Shown: piece by piece, positions 12,156 through 64,000 of the stretch | Layout: the number at the start of each line of letters is the position of its first letter | Position numbering within the stretch: position 1 is the stretch's first letter | Notes under the pieces: generated by a model | Seen by the model: only the letters and a program-made list of their open reading frames with translations | What the model was told of the DNA's origin: nothing | The model's database searches: none | Assembly: GCF_963506605.1 (NCBI RefSeq) | Contig: NC_083280.1 | Span: 28,954,001 to 29,018,000, forward strand | Source: Zootoca vivipara | Lineage: Eukaryota | DNA: 64,000 nt | Direction of reading: 5' to 3' | Program-made: the position numbers and the translations under genes

Positions 12156-12245
12156 CATAGCTGCCAAGTTTTCCCTTTTCTCACGAGGAAGCCTATTCAG
12201 CATAAGGGAATTTCCCTTAAAAAAAGGGATAATTTGGCAGCTATG
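12156..12245. mobile_element. 90-bp hAT-type MITE, copy 1
   Basis: TIR CATAGCTGCCAA; perfect 8-bp TSD CTGCCAAC (12148-12155, 12246-12253); near-identical copy at 21969-22058. Confidence 0.9.
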
Positions 12246-12667
12246 CTGCCAACACAAACAATTTACTCCAGGAAAGTGCTTTGCATTCTACTAGAAACAA
12301 AAACTAAAATATTGCACTATTTCAAATTTCATTATAGTACCATTGGTATCTTCTTCAAGTTTACTGTGCAAATACAGTTTGGCTTTTGTTAAGGCACCTG
12401 TGAAACTGTAGAGAAAAGAACACACGCCACCTAGTGTTGGAAACAAAAAGTGGAGGGAAGGCATAGTATCTGAACCCAGCATGTCGCATTCATGTGCATT
12501 TTGGATAGTTGCACTCTGTGAGTGGAATTCAGCATCATACTAAGGCAATTGTTCTGTAAGCACAAATATTTCTGCCTGCTAGGTGGAATGATCTTCCCTC
12601 TCCCCCCCCCCCTGCGACCCGTTCTGGGGGTTCTCCTGACCCGAGCTGATGCTTGCATAGGAAGATT

Positions 12668-12810
12668 CATAGAATTGTAGAGCTGGAAGGGACCCTGAGG
12701 ATCATCTAGTCAAACCCCCTGCAATGCAGGAATATGCAGCTGTCCCATACGGGGATCGAACCTGCAACATTGGCGTTATCAGCACCACACTCTAACCAAC
12801 TGAGCTATCC
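12668..12810 (-). mobile_element. tRNA(Ile)-derived SINE with CR1-type 3' tail (POM/Squam3-like)
   Basis: Minus strand GGATAGCTCAGTTGGTTAGAG (A box)...GGTTCGATCCCC (B box), followed by the CR1 3' end GGACTAGATG-like...CCCTTCCAGCTCTACAATTCTATG. Confidence 0.85.
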
Positions 12811-13315
12811 AGGAAAGAAGAGAGTGGGGAAGTCCCATTGCCTTACCAAGACTTGTTGAACTGGCTCCCACCAGCACAACAACTAGCCTTGTGTCGTACT
12901 GTGACTGCTGGAATAAACTAACACAGAGAAGGATGCCTGGGTCACTTGTGCTTTATTATTAACTAGTTACCTTCAATAAGAGTGCTGCTGTATGCTGGTT
13001 CACCCTGGAGAGCAGGGACACATATCTGGTCAGGCAGGGGGCTACTTTTCTCTTTGTAAAGGGGAGAGGAGATTGAAAAGCTTCCAGCAGTTACACTAAA
13101 GCAGCACAGAGTGCAACTCTATCCAACATACAAATGAGTGGCATGCTTGGTCCAGAAGCTACGTTTTCCCTGCACTTTCTGATTCCACTACTTTGCAGAG
13201 TGTGTTCTCTTCTCTGCAGCTTTTAAACACCATATTACAAGTTCACAAAACCTTTTTGGTTTATTTTAGTTTGGCGACACAAAACTGGAGCTTCGTTCTC
13301 TAATGACAGTTCTGT

Positions 13316-58342
<45,027 letters not shown>

Positions 58343-59729
58343 CTAGAAGGCAAAGGAAACAATAATTAATTATACTGGAATTCCTGTCTTTTTGTAGAAG
58401 GTCCAAAGACACAATCTGTTCTCCTGGTGTTTGATATCTGTTATACTCTAGTCTAATGATTAAAAGAATTCAAGTAACAGGCAAAAACCAATCCAACTCC
58501 AGTGACTGCTACTTCACACGCCCCACAATGAATATTCTCCATTAAGGAAAAAAATAACTTTAGCAAACATACAGCCATAATAATAACAGCAATAGAATGG
58601 GAAGCACAAAATATTTTTCTGTAAAGGTCTAAAATAATTATTTCTTACCTATCTCTTGGGGCAAATATATAGCAATAAAAAACGGACCAGCAAAATAATA
58701 GAATTTTCATTACACAGGATGTGCTAGTTCTCTCTCTCTTTCTTTTTCTTTTACTGTATATAAAATTTTATTAGAGGTTTTTAACATATTAAGCAATAAA
58801 ATCCAAACTCTTAATAAAAGGCAATATATCAAAAGAAAATAATAGCATAGAAAAAAATATAAAATACAATATTCATGATCCTCATAAAACACACACTCTC
58901 TATCCGTATATAATCATTTTATCTCAATTTTGAAAATGGCTAGTTCTCTTTTTTTCAATCAAGAGGCTTTAAAATGGGTTCAGTCATTAACTGTACACAA
59001 TGCACAAGAACAGAATGCACATAGATGTTTATGTGAAAAGCAGGTTTTCCAACCATGAGCAGAGGTACATGGAAATATTTTGCATATCCATAGAAATTAT
59101 GCAGCCTAGTGAATGCCCATAGACTGGGTATGTGTTGAGGCTTCCTGCTCTGTTCCCAGCAATGCCCGCCACATAGTCATCAAGCCCTTTTAAATCTCAC
59201 TAGTCAATGGAAAAGTGTAATATGTTGTTAAAACTCTCATGTTGAAATCAACAGGATTTCAAAAGGCTTAACCTTCGCTGGACTGTGCTGAAATATGCCA
59301 GTGTACAGGGCAATCCTAAACATGTCTGCTGAGAAATAGGTCCTATAGAATACAGTGGCGCTTAGGATTGCCATCTAAGGGAGCAATCCTATACACAAGA
59401 AGTTGTTGTAAAGCAGGCTGGTGTAAATTAAGTCAGGATAAAGTGCTCCAGATCTAAACTCAATCTGGGAGCAGGTCTTCTGTTGACTGAGCCAGCTTAA
59501 GCCTGATAGAGGGAAAACAAGGCTTTAAAAATAGTGCTTGAGTTACACCTCTCTTTTTGCCAGATTAACTCTCTCCCCATTTTACCTCTGCTCATCCCAG
59601 CAGATCTTGCTATAGAATTGCTCCCTTATTTAACTTCTGTTTCACAAATGAAGTAGCATCTTTGCTGTTTAATCAGGCAGCATTGAAAGAACTAGAGAAT
59701 GGATGAAATAATTCAATGAAAGCATATTG

Positions 59730-60079
59730 TGTTGTGTATTGAGTCAAAGGATTTTATCTCTGTATTATTATTGTCTGTATTTGCATTAGGATAAAGTAAC
59801 TGCCTTTTGGTTCCAGAGGGTACAGCTACTATTGGTTCATTTAAGCTGCTGTATTTGGATCCTCTGTCTTATTGGTTCCCTCCAAAAGGCAGCACTGGGA
59901 TTGCCTGATATTGTTCCCTCCAAAATGTATCCCTTCCTAGCTAGTTCCCTGTCCCTATAAATGTAGCCTTCCTGCCCTCACAGTCAGTCTTGTTCACTGT
60001 AATAAAGAGCTGTTACTAGAGAACTGTCTCCAGCATGTTTTGTCAAGAGAGCTGAAATCACAAACCCCACGTCACAACA
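59730..60079 (+). repeat. 5' LTR (350 bp)
   Basis: TGTTGTG...CACAACA inverted termini; TATAAA near 59955; AATAAA 60001-60006; PBS follows after 2 nt. Confidence 0.88.
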
Positions 60080-60081
60080 AC

Positions 60082-60099
60082 TGGCGACGAAGGTGGGAT
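60082..60099 (+). promoter_or_regulatory. Primer-binding site complementary to tRNA-Ser(GCU) 3' end
   Basis: TGGCGACGAAGGTGGGAT is the reverse complement of ATCCCACCTTCGTCG-CCA, the vertebrate tRNA-Ser(GCU) 3' end as I recall it. Confidence 0.8.
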
Positions 60100-60206
60100 C
60101 CGGAATGCTGAGGAGCGGTTAAACACAACCCTGCCTCAGAGTCCGGATTGCAGCTGAGAACAAGACTCACTGGCCAGCTGAGAAGACGACCCTGCCCGCT
60201 AGGACA

Positions 60207-63200
60207 ATGGAGAGTCCAAGGGTATTGGAGCCCTTCCAGCCATCAGAGCCCCACACGTGGGAAGACTACGTCGAACGCTTCGAGTTCTTTGCAGTGGCTC
60301 AAGGGATCACCGATGCCAGCAAAAGAAGGGCCACATTCCTGAGCTACTGTGGGCCCGAGACCTTCAAGCTGGCCAAGGCATTACTTGCTCCAGCGAAGCT
60401 GAGTGAGACATCTCTCAAAGATATTCTTGCCTGCCTAACAAGCCACTTGGCGCCTACTGAGACCAAGATGGCCCGGCGGATGGAGTTCCATAAGAGGCAG
60501 CAGCATGCTGGGGAGTCTGTATCCACATTTCTGGCTGAACTCCGGAAGCTCGCTCAGCACTGCGGCTTCCAAAATCTGGAAGAGACTCTCCTGGATCGGT
60601 TTATTGGTGGTCTGAGCAGCAAGAAAGCCAGAAGACGCATCGTGGCTAAAGAAGAGGTTACCCTTGCTTCAGCCTTGAAAGAGGCCACTGCCACGGAGAA
60701 TTATGAAAGAGAGGAGCTTGATGCCAGTCGCAAGGCCACTAAGCCACAGATAGAAGTTGCGCATGCCATGGACGAGCTAGAGGCTACTCCGAGCCAGAGC
60801 CCAGTCCGTGGGGTCGAGTCGGTGCGTCAGGCCTGCACAGTGCACAAAGATCGCCGAGGCAGTTGCCCAGGTTGTGGCGGAAACCATGAGCGGAAGAGTT
60901 GTCATTTCAGGGATGCTATGTGCCGGACGTGCGGAAAGACGGGTCACATCGCCAGGGTCTGTAGATCGGCGGCGTCGGGAGCGACAGGAGCACCTAGACT
61001 GGAGCATCGCAGACCGCCCACAGCACCTCGTTTTCTAAAGGACTACCACTACGTAACGGAGATCAACGGGAGGGCCGTGCAGTTTCCAGCGCAAGGCAAG
61101 GCACACGTCAAGGTGAAGATTGAGGGTCAGCAGTGCGACATGGAGGTGGACTCCGGATCTGCATTCACCATCGTGTCGGACCAGACTGCGAAGACATTCT
61201 TCCCCAGGGGTAAGTTGCCCCCTCTGGAGCCCTTCCCGGCAACCTTGCAGTCGTACTCAGCAGGCCGCATCCATGTTATGGGAATGTGTGCCGTGAGAGT
61301 ACAGTTCCGGGACAAACAGGCTGTACTCAAACTGGTGATTGCGAAGGGCAGTCGCCCCAGTCTCCTGGGCACTGACTGGTTCCCCGCCCTGGGACTGAGT
61401 ATCTCAGGGCTTAATTCAATCCAAACCTGCCCTGAGATGAGCGAGGCATTATGCAAGGAATTTGCTGGTCTCTTTAATGGAAAACTGGGTTGTTATAAAG
61501 GGCCCCCAGTTGACTTCGAGTTGGACCCCGGGGTGGCCCCAATCCGACTCAAACCAAGGCGAGTGCCATTTGCACTGCAACCCAAGATCGAGGCAGAGCT
61601 GGATAAATTGGTCAAGCAGGGAGTTCTCTCACCCGTGGACTCTGCTAAGTGGGAGACTCCAATCGTCACGCCCCTTAAAGCAAATGGGGAAGTCAGGATA
61701 TGTGCAGATTACAAATGTACTATCAATAAGGCACTCAGGGGAAACTCATACCCCATTCCAGTCATATCACATCTGTTGGCTAAACTGGCTGGGGGCAAGG
61801 TGTTCGCCAAAATTGACCTGGCACAAGCTTACCAACAGCTGCCAGTAACCCCACAATCAGCGGAAGCACAGACTATTGTCACACATAAAGGGGCGTTCAG
61901 AGTTAACAGATTACAGTTTGGAGTTTGTGTGGCCCCAGGGATTTTTCAAGGGCTCATGGAACGCCTGTTAAGGGGTCTGCCGGGGGTCTTGCCATTTTTT
62001 GATGACGTTTTGATTGCTGGAAAAGACCCACAGGAACTGGTTGCGCGTGTCCGTGCAGTGTTGCTCAAGTTCAAGGAGGTGGGGTTGCAACTGAAAAAAG
62101 AAAAATGCAGTTTTGGGGTGCCAACTGTGGATTTCTTGGGGTTTAAAATTGATGCATCAGGCATCCACCCCACAGATGCTAAGATTAAGGCCATCATCGA
62201 GGCACCACGACCACAGAACAAGACGGAGTTGCAGTCATTCCTGGGACTTATTAACTTTTATCATTCATTCTTACCCCAGAAAGCTTCGGTAGCTGAACCA
62301 TTACATAGACTTTTGCAGAAAAAGAATGTGTGGCGATGGGGGCGGGAGCAGCAGAAGGCTTTTGACTCCTTGCGAGAAATGCTGAGTAGCAGGAGCGTCC
62401 TTGCTCATTATGATGAGTCGAAGCCGCTGGTCCTGGCATGTGATGCCTCTCAATACGGCCTGGGGGCTGTGCTGAGTCATAGGGAACCGGATGGGTCGGA
62501 AAAGCCCATCTCTTTCTATTCCCGTACGTTGTCACCCACGGAGCGCAACTATGCTCAAATTGATAAAGAGGCACTAGCAATTGTGTCAGGAATCAAAAGG
62601 TTCTATGATTATTTGTACGGTCGCCATTTCTCCATTGAAACGGACCACAAACCACTGTTAGGGTTGTTCAACCCAAACAAACAAACACCACAAATTCTCT
62701 CCCCCAGAATGTTGCGTTGGTCAATATTCCTGAATGGGTTCCAGTACACCTTGACCCATGTGCCGGGGAAACAGTTGTGCCACGCTGATGCGCTGAGTCG
62801 ATTGCCCCTTCCTGGCGGGAGCAATGAGGATCCTGCTCCGGCGGAGCACATTATGATGCTAGAAACACTTCCGGGGGCTCCTGTAACAGCTACTGATATA
62901 GCTGAGAAAACGAGGAAAGATGCTGTTCTCTCCCGTGTGCTCACTTGGGTGGGGAGGGGGTGGCCAGGTGGTCCGCATGAAGAAAAATTCAGGCCTTATG
63001 TGACAAGGCAGCACGAATTGTCCATGCATAAGGGTTGTCTCCTATGGGGAGATAGGGTGATCATCCCAGCACCACTGAGAAACAGGGTTCTTGAGACGCT
63101 TCACATGGGACACCCGGGAATGGTCAGGATGAAGTCCCTAGCCCGATGTTATGTGTGGTGGCCTGGAATGGACCAGAACATAGAACAATGGGTACGAACA

Positions 63201-64000
63201 TGCAAGGCATGCCAAGAGGTGCGGCCAGAAGTGGCCAGAGCACCAGTCCACTGGTGGGAGCAGTCCAGGACTCCCTGGAGCCGGCTGCACATAGATTTTG
63301 CTGGGCCATTCCAAGGGAAGGTCTTTTTGGTTATCGTTGATGCATATTCCAAATGGTTAGAAGTGGCGATGGTCCCTAGCATGGCATCAGCTGCCGTAAT
63401 CAAGGTGTTGAGGCAGCTGTTTGCAACCCACGGGTTACCTGAGACCATTGTATCAGATAATGGGGCAGCTTTTGTATCCCAAGAATTCAGGGCATTCTTG
63501 GCTGATAACTTCATAAGAGGGGTCACATCCGCACCCTTTCACCCATCCTCCAATGGGCAGGCTGAGCGCATGGTACGAACAGCCAAAGAATCCATTGCGC
63601 GCTTAATGGAGGGTAACTGGCCGGCTCGCATTGCGCGAATGTTATTTTTGCAGCATGCGACGCCGTGTACTGCGACGGGCAAGTCGCCAGCTGAGCTGCT
63701 CTTAGGTAGAAGACTGGTAACGGTGCTGGATTATGTCCACCCAGATAAAATGCCAAACCGTAATTCAAGAGCAACCCCCCAGGCTGAGACTGACACAACA
63801 AGGTATCTCGCCCCTGAAGATCTGGTCTGGGTGAGGAACTATTCACGAGGTCCGCGGTGGCTGGCTGGTGTGATCACCCGGGCTAGTGGACCTGTGTCCT
63901 ATTATGTGACCTTGGAAAATGGGCAAGTTTGGAAGAGACATATAGATCAGCTGAGGCGCCGGGCGCTCAGCAGGGAGGAGTCAGATAATTCATCCCTGGC
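60207..64000 (+). CDS. Gag-Pol polyprotein (at least 1264 codons, no stop in window)
   Basis: MESPRVLEPF..WEDYVERFEFF; two zinc knuckles CPGCGGNHERKSC / CRTCGKTGHIARVC; protease VDSG (61149); RT FFDD (61995-62006); RNase H CDAS, TDHKPL, ADALSR; integrase H-H-C-C, HIDFAG, SDNG (63456), NGQAER. The motifs checked are in one frame. It is absent from the ORF track because it has no stop. Confidence 0.93.
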   Translation, partial: MESPRVLEPFQPSEPHTWEDYVERFEFFAVAQGITDASKRRATFLSYCGPETFKLAKALLAPAKLSETSLKDILACLTSHLAPTETKMARRMEFHKRQQHAGESVSTFLAELRKLAQHCGFQNLEETLLDRFIGGLSSKKARRRIVAKEEVTLASALKEATATENYEREELDASRKATKPQIEVAHAMDELEATPSQSPVRGVESVRQACTVHKDRRGSCPGCGGNHERKSCHFRDAMCRTCGKTGHIARVCRSAASGATGAPRLEHRRPPTAPRFLKDYHYVTEINGRAVQFPAQGKAHVKVKIEGQQCDMEVDSGSAFTIVSDQTAKTFFPRGKLPPLEPFPATLQSYSAGRIHVMGMCAVRVQFRDKQAVLKLVIAKGSRPSLLGTDWFPALGLSISGLNSIQTCPEMSEALCKEFAGLFNGKLGCYKGPPVDFELDPGVAPIRLKPRRVPFALQPKIEAELDKLVKQGVLSPVDSAKWETPIVTPLKANGEVRICADYKCTINKALRGNSYPIPVISHLLAKLAGGKVFAKIDLAQAYQQLPVTPQSAEAQTIVTHKGAFRVNRLQFGVCVAPGIFQGLMERLLRGLPGVLPFFDDVLIAGKDPQELVARVRAVLLKFKEVGLQLKKEKCSFGVPTVDFLGFKIDASGIHPTDAKIKAIIEAPRPQNKTELQSFLGLINFYHSFLPQKASVAEPLHRLLQKKNVWRWGREQQKAFDSLREMLSSRSVLAHYDESKPLVLACDASQYGLGAVLSHREPDGSEKPISFYSRTLSPTERNYAQIDKEALAIVSGIKRFYDYLYGRHFSIETDHKPLLGLFNPNKQTPQILSPRMLRWSIFLNGFQYTLTHVPGKQLCHADALSRLPLPGGSNEDPAPAEHIMMLETLPGAPVTATDIAEKTRKDAVLSRVLTWVGRGWPGGPHEEKFRPYVTRQHELSMHKGCLLWGDRVIIPAPLRNRVLETLHMGHPGMVRMKSLARCYVWWPGMDQNIEQWVRTCKACQEVRPEVARAPVHWWEQSRTPWSRLHIDFAGPFQGKVFLVIVDAYSKWLEVAMVPSMASAAVIKVLRQLFATHGLPETIVSDNGAAFVSQEFRAFLADNFIRGVTSAPFHPSSNGQAERMVRTAKESIARLMEGNWPARIARMLFLQHATPCTATGKSPAELLLGRRLVTVLDYVHPDKMPNRNSRATPQAETDTTRYLAPEDLVWVRNYSRGPRWLAGVITRASGPVSYYVTLENGQVWKRHIDQLRRRALSREESDNSSL

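Larger units (their letters stand above)
59730..64000 (+). mobile_element. Ty3/Gypsy LTR retrotransposon (Mag clade-like) in COL4A3 intron 3, cut by window edge
   Basis: 5' LTR 59730-60079, PBS 60082-60099, single gag-PR-RT-RH-IN ORF from 60207. Confidence 0.96.

Noticed and set aside
12735-12810. tRNA-Ile(GAT) gene
   Set aside because: The acceptor stem does not close and the sequence runs directly into a CR1-derived tail, so it is a SINE head.
60148-63846. Short ORFs listed over the Gypsy element
   Set aside because: They are alternative-frame or antisense by-products of the long gag-pol frame.

Overview
Vertebrate nuclear DNA, most likely from a squamate and probably a lacertid lizard (inferred from Sauria SINE, a tRNA-Ile/CR1-tail SINE, BovB and Penelope repeats). 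Two protein-coding genes lie on the minus strand in the conserved amniote order COL4A3 -> MFF. (1) COL4A3 (collagen IV alpha-3): I traced 49 consecutive GT-AG exons by hand (equivalent to human exons 4-52, 58342 down to the stop at 13316). They total 4785 nt = 1594 codons + stop, in one frame, with all 12 NC1 cysteines. Exons 1-3 lie beyond the right edge. (2) MFF (mitochondrial fission factor): CpG-island promoter near 5400-6000 and the first four coding exons. The gene runs off the left edge, and one intron needs a GC donor. The introns carry many transposable elements: an apparently intact Mag-clade Ty3/Gypsy element (5' LTR, tRNA-Ser PBS, uninterrupted gag-pol of at least 1264 codons that the ORF track misses), a solo LTR, two young BovB LINEs (one split by a GC-rich hAT MITE beside the MFF promoter), L1, L2 and CR1 fragments, SINEs, hAT and Tc1/mariner MITEs, and a Penelope remnant forming a perfect 77-bp hairpin with a minimal hammerhead-ribozyme motif. 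I see no evidence for a wholly new biological system; the best leads are RNA-structural and mobile-element details. Comparisons with human sequences and exon sizes are from memory and need confirming by alignment.
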